Shown here piece after piece: positions 18,409-27,060 of a stretch of 31,449 bases of DNA. The notes below the pieces were generated by a model. It did not search any database, was not told the DNA's origin, and saw only the letters and a program-made list of their open reading frames with translations. This stretch comes from Candidatus Bipolaricaulota bacterium (GTDB lineage Bacteria; Bipolaricaulota; Bipolaricaulia; UBA7950; UBA9294), in the NCBI GenBank assembly GCA_020350845.1, contig CP070725.1, positions 388,216 through 419,664 on the forward strand, in the 5' to 3' direction. Numbering within the stretch: the stretch's first letter is position 1; every line of letters begins with the position of its first letter. The position numbers and the translations under genes were made by a program.

Positions 18409-19452
18409 TCAAACGAGTGACGTGAACGTCTCCGATGCGAAGCAGTAGCGCGCGATCTCCTCGACCGCAGTGAACGGGCCGACGGAGAGCTGCGACGTTT
18501 CGTCGTGGTTCTCGAAGCGATAGCACACGAGGACGCTCGCATGGTCCGACGCCTCGCTGTGGGTCGCGGTCACACGGCAGGCGAACTCGATGATCTCCTC
18601 GACCTCGGCGGGGTCCTTCGAGCTCCAATCGGTCCGCACAAGACACATCGGGCCGCGGTGCGTCGGAAGGTACACGCGCAGGTCCTGCGGGAGAAGGAGA
18701 TTCTGCAGCGCCCGCTTCTCCTCCTCGTCCGTCGCGAGCACGAACTTCACGTCCGGATCCTGCTTGTAGTACAGGCGAAAGTCGAGTAGCCGGAGGGCAT
18801 TCAACGTGAATCGCTCCTCACGAAGGAGGTTCTCGAGGCGGGTTCCGTAGCCCGGCGCCGTCAGCCGGCAGCGCTTGTAGCAGTCCATGGCGCCGTCGGC
18901 AGCGATCCCCAGGGAGCTCGCAAGATCCATCAACCCGTCCTGGTCATCGGCGACCAGGCCGGCGAGTGCCTTGCGCGGGATCGCCCCTGAGCTCTCCACC
19001 GGCGTGGGAGGAAGGAGGCGCGCAGACAACGGCCGCAGGACCTGGCCCGTCGCCCCCGCGTTGCGCATGACGCGCACGAGATCGTCCTCCTCGAGGCCGT
19101 TTCGCCCAACGATCTCCCCGGTCACGATGAAGTCGGCACCGATCCGCTCCATGTAGCGCAAGGCATGGGCGAGAAACAGCGTGCGGCAACTGAGGCAGCT
19201 TCTTCGCAGCGAGAAGCGCCTGCGGACGGGGATGTTCGCCAGCCGGCGGAACTCCTTCTTCAGCGACTGGGTGCGGAACGGCGACGCCGGCCACTCGAGC
19301 TTCGCACAGTCGCGGATGCACTCCGCCTCCGCAAAGAACGGCGAGCGGAAGTAGAGAAGGTGCATCCCCTCGACGTTCGGCATGCGATCGATGAGTGCCG
19401 TGGCGACGCGACTCGCAAGACTTCCCGAATGAAGTGCCAGCACCCTGACCAC
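18409..19452 (-). CDS. ThiI/MnmA-like PP-loop tRNA sulfurtransferase-family protein (no THUMP domain), with a degenerate PP-loop
   Basis: The layout VLALHSGSLAS...CLSCR...GADFIVTGEIVG...VLRPLSARLLPPT...CRLT matches the family pattern SGGLDS...CIDC...FIITGEVLGQ...ILRPLSAKLL.PT...GCLLT. Confidence 0.7.
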   Translation of the reverse strand: MVRVLALHSGSLASRVATALIDRMPNVEGMHLLYFRSPFFAEAECIRDCAKLEWPASPFRTQSLKKEFRRLANIPVRRRFSLRRSCLSCRTLFLAHALRYMERIGADFIVTGEIVGRNGLEEDDLVRVMRNAGATGQVLRPLSARLLPPTPVESSGAIPRKALAGLVADDQDGLMDLASSLGIAADGAMDCYKRCRLTAPGYGTRLENLLREERFTLNALRLLDFRLYYKQDPDVKFVLATDEEEKRALQNLLLPQDLRVYLPTHRGPMCLVRTDWSSKDPAEVEEIIEFACRVTATHSEASDHASVLVCYRFENHDETSQLSVGPFTAVEEIARYCFASETFTSLV

Positions 19453-19476
19453 AGCTCTTCTCGCCTCGCTTCTCCG

Positions 19477-20004
19477 CTAGCGCCGCGGCTCGATCAGCCC
19501 GTAGTTACCGTCCCTCCTGTGATAGATGATGCTCACCTCGTCGGTCTCCGCGTTGATGAACACGAGGAATCCCTTGTCGACCGCTTCCAGCTGGAGCGAC
19601 GCCTCCTCGGGGAGCATCGGCTTGTGGAAGAACGTGTCGGTGCGCACGATCCTCTTCTCGCCGGCCCCGTCACCTGCCTCCTCACCCTCGCCAGATCCTC
19701 CCTCACGCCGCTCCCGGGTGTCGGTGAGTTGGTCCTTGTACTTGACGAGCTGACGTCGAAGCTTGTCGATCGCACGATCGATCGACGCGTACATGTCTGT
19801 CGAATCCTCGTGGGCGTGAAGTACCTTGCGGTTCGTGAGATGCGCGTGGAACTCCGCGATCTGGCGCTCCTTCTCCACCGAGAGCACGACATCGACGGAG
19901 ATGATGCGGTCGAAGTAGCGGCTCAGGGCCTCGGTCTTGCTGATGACATGGTTGCGGACCGCGTCGCTCGGAGACGCGTGGCGCTCCACGATCTTGACCT
20001 TCAT
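19477..20004 (-). CDS. hpf: Ribosome hibernation promoting factor, long form
   Basis: DMYASIDRAIDKLRRQLVKYK plus the C-terminal domain KPMLPEEASLQLE...FLVFINAETDEVSIIYHRRDGNYGLIEP. Start at the ATG at 20004. Confidence 0.96.
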   Translation of the reverse strand: MKVKIVERHASPSDAVRNHVISKTEALSRYFDRIISVDVVLSVEKERQIAEFHAHLTNRKVLHAHEDSTDMYASIDRAIDKLRRQLVKYKDQLTDTRERREGGSGEGEEAGDGAGEKRIVRTDTFFHKPMLPEEASLQLEAVDKGFLVFINAETDEVSIIYHRRDGNYGLIEPRR

Positions 20005-20039
20005 CAACAGTCCTTCCCCAAGCCGCAGCTGCCCGATGG

Positions 20040-20068
20040 ATTGTAATCCCACACGGAAGATTCGTCAA
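20040..20068 (-). promoter_or_regulatory. Sigma70-type promoter of hpf
   Basis: TTGACG (20068-20063), 17-nt spacer, TACAAT (20045-20040). Confidence 0.75.
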
Positions 20069-20118
20069 TGAGCATCTCCTCGAAGCGCAACGAGATGGGG
20101 CTCTGATCCGCGCACCGC

Positions 20119-21624
20119 CTAGGTGCTGGCGGCTTCTAGGAGGCGGTCGCGAAGCTGCGACGTGATGAGATGGAGCTCCGTCCCGCCGATGTCCGGCTCA
20201 AAGATCTCGAACTCACGCATCGCGAACGCCTTAAGCGTGCTGCGGTAGTGGGGCTTCCCGCCACGGCGCTCGGTCGAGATCATCCCCATCTCGAGGAACT
20301 CCCGGGGTGGATCGTTTTCCAGAACGCCCGGAGGGCAGTGCGTCCACGCCGCGATCTGCTCGACGGAGTAGGTGGACGGCGCGTGGGCCACGAGGAAGGC
20401 AAGGAGCCGTCGATGGAGAAGGGCGCCCCGGCTCACGCGGCCGACGAGCCGTTCGATGTGCCGGTGGACCGCGGGAGGAAGGATCCGTTCCCGCTGCCCT
20501 CCGACGTCGATCACCGGTGGCTCGAGGATCGCTGCCGACGGGGCTTCGACCGGCGCCGCTGCCCACTGCGAGCCCCCGGCCGTGTCCGCTCGCTCCTCGC
20601 GCGCCGCGACGGGCGCAAGTGCCTCCTCACGCGCGGTCCGTGGAACCTCGACGCGGATGTAGCCCAGGGTGCGCGCAACATCCTCGAGTTCGGTGATCTG
20701 CCGCTGCCGCTCGGAGAGCACCTCCTCGAGCTCGTGGACGCGCTGCTCGAGGAGCTGCACCTTCGAGCGTCGGCCACGCTTTCCCTTCGATCGCTCGATC
20801 GCTTCGATGATCGCCTGGCTCACCTGTCGCAGGGCCGGCGTGACCACGGTCTCCAGCGTCGGCGTGAACCCCGCGTGGAACGTCTCCCGTTCGCGCACGT
20901 GGAGAGGAACGATCGTCTCGTGATCCACGAAGATGCAGTCCCCGGTCTCGAGCGCGGAGACGATCTCCTTGACCTCCGCCTTCTTCCACGGAAGGAGCTC
21001 GCCGTAGACGCGCATGTCCGCCTCGTGCACCACGCGATGGAGGAAGAGGAGTCCGGCCTGGCTGAGGACGTCTTTGTCCACCTTGGCACTGCGCTGGGAA
21101 ACGATGATTGCCCCCAAACCGCGCTTTCTCCCGCGCAGGGCGATGCGTGAGACGAGATCCTTGAGCTCGGAGCGCACCCCTTGGGGGATGAACTCGTGTG
21201 CCTCCTCGATGCCGATGATGTACGGACGGCGAAGCGAGCCGGCCAGTCTCCACAGCGCTCCGAGGTACTCCTGGAGAAGCTCGCTGCGCTCCTCGGCAAG
21301 ATGCCCGCTGAGGTCGAGAACGACGGGGATGTTGCGCTCCATGCTGATGCGTGCGACTTCCTCGGCGCTGCCGGCATCGATCTCGATTTCGACACCGTCC
21401 CCGGTCCCCACCACGAGGACCTCGAACCGCTCCTTGAGGCCGAAGTACTCGCCGTCGATATCGACGATCGACAACGGGTAGCTGTGCTTCAGCAGCTCCT
21501 CGAAGAGGACCCCGGCAGTGTTCGACTTGCCCGAACCCCGGATGCCGAGAATGGCGACGCACTGCCCGATAATCGCCTCGAGATCGAGGTCGAGATCGGG
21601 ACTCACCATGAGCGGAGCCGTCAT
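20119..21624 (-). CDS. HerA/FtsK-superfamily (DUF87/DUF853-like) ATPase with a coiled coil and a putative C-terminal winged helix
   Basis: Walker A GIRGSGKS, IVDIDGEY, Walker B IGIEEAH, RGRKRG, SQR. Heptad segment LEQRVHELEEVLSERQRQITELE. Helix-turn-helix plus wing-like tail. Start probably the ATG at 21624. Confidence 0.85.
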   Translation of the reverse strand: MTAPLMVSPDLDLDLEAIIGQCVAILGIRGSGKSNTAGVLFEELLKHSYPLSIVDIDGEYFGLKERFEVLVVGTGDGVEIEIDAGSAEEVARISMERNIPVVLDLSGHLAEERSELLQEYLGALWRLAGSLRRPYIIGIEEAHEFIPQGVRSELKDLVSRIALRGRKRGLGAIIVSQRSAKVDKDVLSQAGLLFLHRVVHEADMRVYGELLPWKKAEVKEIVSALETGDCIFVDHETIVPLHVRERETFHAGFTPTLETVVTPALRQVSQAIIEAIERSKGKRGRRSKVQLLEQRVHELEEVLSERQRQITELEDVARTLGYIRVEVPRTAREEALAPVAAREERADTAGGSQWAAAPVEAPSAAILEPPVIDVGGQRERILPPAVHRHIERLVGRVSRGALLHRRLLAFLVAHAPSTYSVEQIAAWTHCPPGVLENDPPREFLEMGMISTERRGGKPHYRSTLKAFAMREFEIFEPDIGGTELHLITSQLRDRLLEAAST

Positions 21625-21783
21625 CTCACACCACCCGTCCCTCGCACGCGTGCGACCTTGTCGCCATCGCATCGCAGGCCTCGTGCTCCCTCCCGTGACG
21701 GAAGGAAGACGCGTGGATCGTCTCCCGAAGCTTGGCCGAGGAGGACGGGCGAAGGTAGGGCGATTGTCCCGCGCGCGAGGGGA

Positions 21784-23226
21784 CTAGGTCCGCTGGGGGT
21801 GATCGTCGATCATCGCCTGCGCGGCACGTCTTGCCTCCTCGGGGCTCGTGATCTCGCCCGCGAGGATGCGGTCGTGCACGGCCGCCAGAACCGCTCCCAG
21901 TCTTGGCCCCGGAGGCATCCCCATCGCGATGAGCGCATGTCCGTCGATCAGCTCCCGCGCCCTGGCGAGGCTGCACACCTCGTCGATGTGTTCGATCACG
22001 CGAAGCGTCTCGTCGAGGATCGGCGCCCACCCCGTTGCGCGGTGCACGCTCGCCTCGCAGTCGGCGACAAGTAGCTGCAGGAGCTCGAAGAACCGCGGGA
22101 ACCGGCGCTCGAGACGGACCTCGCCGACGACCTCTCCTTCGCTGACGAAGCGCACCTGCTTCCCCCGACCCATCGCCGGAAAGTCCGCAACCCGCATGTG
22201 ATTGCCGATGAGGAAGCCCAGCTGCTGCGCCTCCTCACGGCTGAAGCGCAGTCTCTTCGCAATGCGCTCCGCCTTGCGCGCTCCCACGGCGCAGTGGCCG
22301 CCCATGTTCGCGCCGCCGCTTCGATCGAGGGCGTGGGGCTTGCCGATGTCGTGGAGGAGCACGGCAAGCTTCACCAGAGGGTTTGTGATGAACCGGTCGG
22401 CAACGCGCAACGCGGCCACCGTGTGCACGTAGACGTCTCCCTCGGGATGGTACTCCTCGGGCTGCGGCACGCCCTTGAGGGCCGCGACCTCGGGAAACAC
22501 GTGGGGGAGGAGCCCGAGATCGTCCATGCGTTCGATCCCCGCGGCCGCCCGCGGGCTTTCGAGCAGGCGCAGCAGCTCGTCACGGATTCGCTCGTTGGAG
22601 ATCTCCAGGATGTGCGCCGCGTTGGCGCGAATCGCCTCCGCGGTCTGCGGCTCGATCGTCGCATCGAGCTGACTCGCGAAGCGGACGGCGCGGAGCATCC
22701 GCAGGTAGTCCTCGGAGAAGCGTACCGTGGGGTCCCCGATCGCCCGCAGTAGCCGCGCCTCGAGATCCGGGACGCCGTCCACGTAGTCGAGGACCGTCCC
22801 GTCAGCGCGAGCGACAAGGGCATTCACGGTGAGATCACGCCGACGGAGATCGCCTTCCAGGTCTGCGTCATGGGAGACCACGGCCGGTCGGCGCCCGTCG
22901 TAGTCGCCCTCTTCGCGGTAGGTCGCCACTTCGATCTGCGAGCCTTCGGGGGGGACGACGCGCAAGACGCCGAAGCGCTCTCCGACACGAACGATGGGAC
23001 GGTCACTGAAGAGCTTGAGGATCTCATCGGGAGGCGCGGCGGTGGCGACATCGACCTCACGCGGAGCGAACGGCCTCCCCTCCCACGCCGCGAGCAGCGC
23101 GTCGCGGACGACCCCTCCCACGAGAACCGCCTCGAAGCCCGCGTCGATGAGCCGCGCGAGCACCTCACGCACGAAAGGGTGGCGCTCGTAGACTCGCTCG
23201 AGATCGATCCTCCACGTGTCTCTCAT
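21784..23226 (-). CDS. cca: Class II tRNA nucleotidyltransferase (CCA-adding enzyme) with an HD domain
   Basis: VGGVVRD...EVDVAT, RRDLTVNAL, EDYLRMLRAVRF, HPEGDVYVHT, LHDIGKP. No poly(A) polymerase G-RR-F-x-h-H signature seen. Start probably the ATG at 23226. Confidence 0.9.
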   Translation of the reverse strand: MRDTWRIDLERVYERHPFVREVLARLIDAGFEAVLVGGVVRDALLAAWEGRPFAPREVDVATAAPPDEILKLFSDRPIVRVGERFGVLRVVPPEGSQIEVATYREEGDYDGRRPAVVSHDADLEGDLRRRDLTVNALVARADGTVLDYVDGVPDLEARLLRAIGDPTVRFSEDYLRMLRAVRFASQLDATIEPQTAEAIRANAAHILEISNERIRDELLRLLESPRAAAGIERMDDLGLLPHVFPEVAALKGVPQPEEYHPEGDVYVHTVAALRVADRFITNPLVKLAVLLHDIGKPHALDRSGGANMGGHCAVGARKAERIAKRLRFSREEAQQLGFLIGNHMRVADFPAMGRGKQVRFVSEGEVVGEVRLERRFPRFFELLQLLVADCEASVHRATGWAPILDETLRVIEHIDEVCSLARARELIDGHALIAMGMPPGPRLGAVLAAVHDRILAGEITSPEEARRAAQAMIDDHPQRT

Positions 23227-23235
23227 GGCGCGATG

Positions 23236-23265
23236 ACTATACGAAGGGCCGCGCCGAGACAGCAA
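23236..23265 (-). promoter_or_regulatory. Possible sigma70-type promoter of cca (very short leader)
   Basis: TTGCTG (23265-23260), 18-nt spacer, TATAGT (23241-23236); 9 nt to the ATG. Confidence 0.55.
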
Positions 23266-23310
23266 GCGGAGAGTACCATAGCGCTGCGCCGGTCTCTTTC
23301 CGCGACGAGG

Positions 23311-23697
23311 CTACTGTGTCTCCTCCTCGGGAGACGCTTCCGGCTCGCGAAGATCATCCTCGTCGAGCAAGGAGTGGAGGTGCATCGAACGCTCGACCGT
23401 CTCGTCGAGCACGAAGTGAAGCTCGGGTGTGTAGCGCATCTCCAGCCGCCGGGCGAGCATGCTGCGGAAGAACCCCCGGTCGCGCTCGAACTGACGGATC
23501 ACCGCCTCGCGATCCGCGACGTTCTCCCCGAGGGCGACGAAGATCCGCGCGTGACTCCCGTCGGGGGAGAGACGAACGTCCATGACCGTAGGAAACGCGC
23601 TCTTGATCAGCGGATCGCGAGCCTCGAACTCGACGATCTCCGACAGATGGCGTTGGATCTCCTCGCGCACCCGCGCCTGGAAACGCCCCTCGGTCAC
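23311..23697 (-). CDS. rbfA: Ribosome-binding factor A
   Basis: RVREEIQRHLSEIV...RDP...DVRLSPDG...RYTPELHFVLD; follows infB-DUF503. Confidence 0.93.
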   Translation of the reverse strand: MTEGRFQARVREEIQRHLSEIVEFEARDPLIKSAFPTVMDVRLSPDGSHARIFVALGENVADREAVIRQFERDRGFFRSMLARRLEMRYTPELHFVLDETVERSMHLHSLLDEDDLREPEASPEEETQ

Positions 23698-23978
23698 AGG
23701 ATCTCCCTCTCGCTCTCTTCGAGCGCGAACCGCGGTCCGCGGGCGAGTCTTCCTTCGATCTTGCCGAGCACGGACTCGCTGCGGCGGACGTCATTCGAAA
23801 CGTGAACGATGCGCAGCGTCACACGGTCGAGCTCGTCGTGATCGGCAACCTCGGCGACGCCGATCGCCGGACCGAGTGCGGTGATCTGGGCGATCAGCGG
23901 CTTGACGATGCTACGTTTCTCCTTCAGGGAGCGGACCCCCGGCAGGTGGAGCGTCACGGTGAGCAGACCTGCGCGCAT
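23694..23978 (-). CDS. DUF503 (YlxP-like) protein
   Basis: LHLPGVRSLKEKRSIVKPL...VAEV.DHD; sits between infB and rbfA, the usual position. Confidence 0.9.
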   Translation of the reverse strand: MRAGLLTVTLHLPGVRSLKEKRSIVKPLIAQITALGPAIGVAEVADHDELDRVTLRIVHVSNDVRRSESVLGKIEGRLARGPRFALEESEREIL

Positions 23979-23984
23979 CGTCGG

Positions 23985-25730
23985 CTAGGCCGGGACCTCC
24001 TCGAGGAGGAAGAACTCCAGGCGGTCCCCGATCTGGACATCGTCGAACTCCGCGAGGCGGATGCCGCACTCACGACCCGACTGCACCTCGCGCACGTCGT
24101 CTTCAAAGCGCCGCAGCGACGCGATCTCCCCCACGAACAGCTCCTCCCCGTCGCGCAGAAGCCGCGCCTTTGCCGACCGCTGCACACGCCCCTCGGCGAT
24201 GTAGCACCCCGCGACGACGCCCACGGGGATCTTGAAGATGTCGCGCACCTCCGCCGTCCCCAGCGAAACCTCACGGAACTCCGGTGCGAGCATGCGCTTC
24301 AGCGTTCCTTCGATCTGCTCGATGAGGTCATAGATGATCTCGTAGGTCATCACGATGACCCCGTTGCGGTCCGCGAGTTGCGTCGCCTTGCCGTCCGCCT
24401 TGACGCCGAAGCCGACGACGAGGCACGGGCCGGAGACGCTCGACGCGAGCAGAATGTCGCTCTCCGAGACCGCCCCGACGCCGGTGAGCAGGATCTCCTT
24501 CTCGATCTCCCCCACCTGTAGCGCTTCGATCTCGCGGCGAACGGCCTCCAACGCCCCGGTCGAGCCGGCCTTGAGGATCAAGCGCAGCTTCTCCTCCTCC
24601 TGAGCCTCTTTGAACAGATCCTCTACGCTCAGCTGCGCGCGCGACCTTCGCGGCGATTCGGCCTCGCTACGGCGACGCTCCGCCAGTCGCTTCGCCTCGT
24701 TGATCTTCGACAGCACTTCGAGCGTGGAACCGACGGCGGGGACCTCTTGGAGTCCGAGCACTTCCACCGCCGTCCCCGGGGTCGCCTCCGCGCACCGGGT
24801 GCCGCTTCCGTCGATCAGCGCCTTGACGCGCCCGTAGGTCTGATCCGCAACGATGATGTCCTTCTCGCGCAGGGTCCCGTTCCTGACGACGACCGATGCC
24901 ACCGGCCCGCGGCCCGCCGACAGATGGCTCTCGATGATCACCGCTTCGAGCGCGGCGTCCGGGTCCCCGCGAAGATCCTCCATCTCCGCCACGAGGAGGA
25001 TCATCTCCATGAGCTCTTCGAGGTTCTCCCCGTTGAGCGCGGAGATCGGCACCGTCACGGTATCGCCGCCCCACGCTTCGGGCGTCAACCCCTGTTTCGC
25101 GAGGTCGCCCATCACTCGGTCGACGTCCGCGTTCGCTTTGTCGATCTTGTTCACGGCAACGATCATCGGGATGTCCGCGGCGCGGATGTGATCGATCGCC
25201 TCCACGGTCTGGGCCATCACGCCGTCGTCGGCAGCGACCACGAGGATCGCGATATCGGTGGCCTGCGCCCCACGAGCACGCATCCCGGTGAACGCCTTGT
25301 GCCCCGGCGTGTCGATGACAGTGATCTTCTGGCCTCGTAGGTCGACCTGATAGGCGGCGACGCCCTGGGTGATCCCGCCCGCTTCCTTTTCCACGAGCTG
25401 CGAACTGCGCAGGGCATCCAGAAGGGTAGTCTTCCCGTGGTCGATGTGCCCGAGGACGGACACCACTGGAGCCCGCGGATCCCCCGTGGTCACCCGCGTC
25501 CGCCGCTCCCGCGGACGGACCTCCGCCGGTGGCGCTTCCTCCGCCGCCTCAGCCGTCGGCTCCGCGGCTCCCTCGTCGGTGTAGAGGTTGACGATGAGGG
25601 CGTACTCCTCCTCGTCGACCGTATTCGAGGCCTTCAGGCCGGGCATCCCGAGCTCGCCGAGGCGGGTGACGAACTCCTTGCTCGTCACGTCGAGCTCGCG
25701 AGCGATTTCGTAGATCCTTCGTCTCGTCAA
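23985..25730 (-). CDS. infB: Translation initiation factor IF-2 (short form, about 581 aa)
   Basis: [10 protein letters not shown]-terminus, [25 protein letters not shown] start at 25730 with a GGGTGA RBS. Confidence 0.98.
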   Translation of the reverse strand: MTRRRIYEIARELDVTSKEFVTRLGELGMPGLKASNTVDEEEYALIVNLYTDEGAAEPTAEAAEEAPPAEVRPRERRTRVTTGDPRAPVVSVLGHIDHGKTTLLDALRSSQLVEKEAGGITQGVAAYQVDLRGQKITVIDTPGHKAFTGMRARGAQATDIAILVVAADDGVMAQTVEAIDHIRAADIPMIVAVNKIDKANADVDRVMGDLAKQGLTPEAWGGDTVTVPISALNGENLEELMEMILLVAEMEDLRGDPDAALEAVIIESHLSAGRGPVASVVVRNGTLREKDIIVADQTYGRVKALIDGSGTRCAEATPGTAVEVLGLQEVPAVGSTLEVLSKINEAKRLAERRRSEAESPRRSRAQLSVEDLFKEAQEEEKLRLILKAGSTGALEAVRREIEALQVGEIEKEILLTGVGAVSESDILLASSVSGPCLVVGFGVKADGKATQLADRNGVIVMTYEIIYDLIEQIEGTLKRMLAPEFREVSLGTAEVRDIFKIPVGVVAGCYIAEGRVQRSAKARLLRDGEELFVGEIASLRRFEDDVREVQSGRECGIRLAEFDDVQIGDRLEFFLLEEVPA

Positions 25731-25778
25731 ACGTTCACCCTTCTCTCTGCAACCGGGGATCCTTGGTGAAGCCGGACG

Positions 25779-25807
25779 ACTATACCGCAAGGGTCGCGAG
25801 CGGTCAA
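25779..25807 (-). promoter_or_regulatory. Sigma70-type promoter of infB-DUF503-rbfA
   Basis: TTGACC (25807-25802), 17-nt spacer, TATAGT (25784-25779). Confidence 0.78.
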
Positions 25808-25838
25808 CCGATAATCCTGATGGCTACGGCACTACACC

Positions 25839-26315
25839 TCACCGCCGCAGGATCGCGACGACCGCGACGGCGGCGATGATGACCGCGAGGACGATCCCGA
25901 AGAGCTTCCACGCGTCACGACGCAATGTGCCCTTGACCTCGGGCGACAGGTTGCTGCGCTTCGGGTAGCGGATCGCCATCCGCTGCGACTTCTTGTACGT
26001 CCGAACGTAGAGATCGATCTTCTTCTGGCGCTTGTAGACGATCGCCAGGTTGTGCATCGCGTTCGCGTAGTGTGGTTCGACCTCGAGGGCCCGCTTGTAG
26101 GCGTACTCCGCGCGGTTCAGATCCCCTGCGTCGATATAGATGTTCCCCAGTCGGAAGTAGATCGTCTCCTTCTCGAGGCCGAAGCGCAGCGCCTCGACGA
26201 GAAGATCGATGCCCTCCTTGAACCGCTTCTTCTTGCGGTGCTCGTCGGCCTTCTCGATCGCCTCTCGAACAAAGCGCTCCTGCTCGGCAAGCGTCTCAAG
26301 CTCTTGGGTTTGCAT
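25839..26315 (-). CDS. TPR-repeat protein with a C-terminal membrane anchor
   Basis: IYFRLGNIY...AEYAYKRALEVEP..ANAMHNLAIVY (TPR pattern), then hydrophobic LFGIVLAVIIAAVAVVAIL followed by RR. Confidence 0.85.
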   Translation of the reverse strand: MQTQELETLAEQERFVREAIEKADEHRKKKRFKEGIDLLVEALRFGLEKETIYFRLGNIYIDAGDLNRAEYAYKRALEVEPHYANAMHNLAIVYKRQKKIDLYVRTYKKSQRMAIRYPKRSNLSPEVKGTLRRDAWKLFGIVLAVIIAAVAVVAILRR

Positions 26316-26877
26316 CGATCCACTCCCTCACTCGTTGGATGTCCTGCCAAGCCAGGTACTTCGGACTGCCCTTCGTGCGCTGCGGGTTCCGCAGGAGGTA
26401 GCTCGGGTGGAACATCGGAAAGACGCGCATGCTCCCGCGCCACGGCAAGAACGATCCGCGGATCTTGGTGATCCCGTCGACGTCGGGCAAGAGCCATTGC
26501 GTCGGAGTGTTGCCGAGACTCACGATCAGCCCAGGATTGATCAGAGCGATCTGCGCCTCGAGGTACGGGAAGCAGGCGCTCATCTCGTCCTTCGATGGGA
26601 CCCTGTTTCCCGGCGGACGGCACTTGACGACGTTGGTGATGTACACCATGTCCCGCGTCAGCTGGACCGCGCCCAAGACCTCATCGAGCTTCTGCCCCGC
26701 GGGGCCGACGAACGGCCGTCCGGTCTCGTCTTCGACTTCGCCCGGGCCCTCTCCGATGAACACCACGCTCGCCGTCGGACTCCCTTCCCCGAAGACCACA
26801 TGGGTTCGGGTTTCTGCCAGTGGACATCGGGTGCAGTCACCGACTCTCTCCCGGAGTGTGTCGAGCGTCAACGTCAT
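26296..26877 (-). CDS. Uracil-DNA glycosylase, family 4 (Fe-S type)
   Basis: CTRCPL, GEGPG...[32 protein letters not shown]. Start at the ATG at 26877. Confidence 0.95.
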   Translation of the reverse strand: MTLTLDTLRERVGDCTRCPLAETRTHVVFGEGSPTASVVFIGEGPGEVEDETGRPFVGPAGQKLDEVLGAVQLTRDMVYITNVVKCRPPGNRVPSKDEMSACFPYLEAQIALINPGLIVSLGNTPTQWLLPDVDGITKIRGSFLPWRGSMRVFPMFHPSYLLRNPQRTKGSPKYLAWQDIQRVREWIDANPRA

Positions 26878-26946
26878 CGGCGCGACCTCACAGAGAAGGG
26901 ATGGCACGTAGTGGGACACTTCGCGGAGGAAGAGGCGTGGTACGTG

Positions 26947-27019
26947 AGCGGACAACGGGACTCGAACCCGCGACCCTCAGCTTGGGAAGCTGATGCTCTA
27001 CCAACTGAGCTATGTCCGC
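26947..27019 (-). tRNA. tRNA-Gly (anticodon CCC); 3' CCA not encoded
   Basis: GCGGACA/TGTCCGC acceptor stem, D arm AGCTCAGTTGGTAGAGC, anticodon stem TCAGC-TTCCCAA-GCTGA, T loop GGTTCGAGTCC, U73 discriminator followed by CAC. Confidence 0.97.
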
Positions 27020-27030
27020 ATCTGATGAGC

Positions 27031-27059
27031 ATTGTAGTCGCCCGGTCGGGGAGCGGCAA
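27031..27059 (-). promoter_or_regulatory. Sigma70-type promoter of tRNA-Gly (possibly continuing into udg-TPR)
   Basis: TTGCCG (27059-27054), 17-nt spacer, TACAAT (27036-27031), 11 nt before tRNA G1. Confidence 0.7.
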
Positions 27060-27060
27060 C

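Noticed and set aside
20072-20103. Imperfect hairpin (GAGCATCTC...GAGATGGGGCTC) after the HerA-like gene
   Set aside because: No U-tract and an imperfect stem; not enough to call an intrinsic terminator.
26878-27019. tRNA-Gly as a possible integration site
   Set aside because: No duplicated tRNA 3' end, integrase or compositional shift next to it; the flanking genes are housekeeping.
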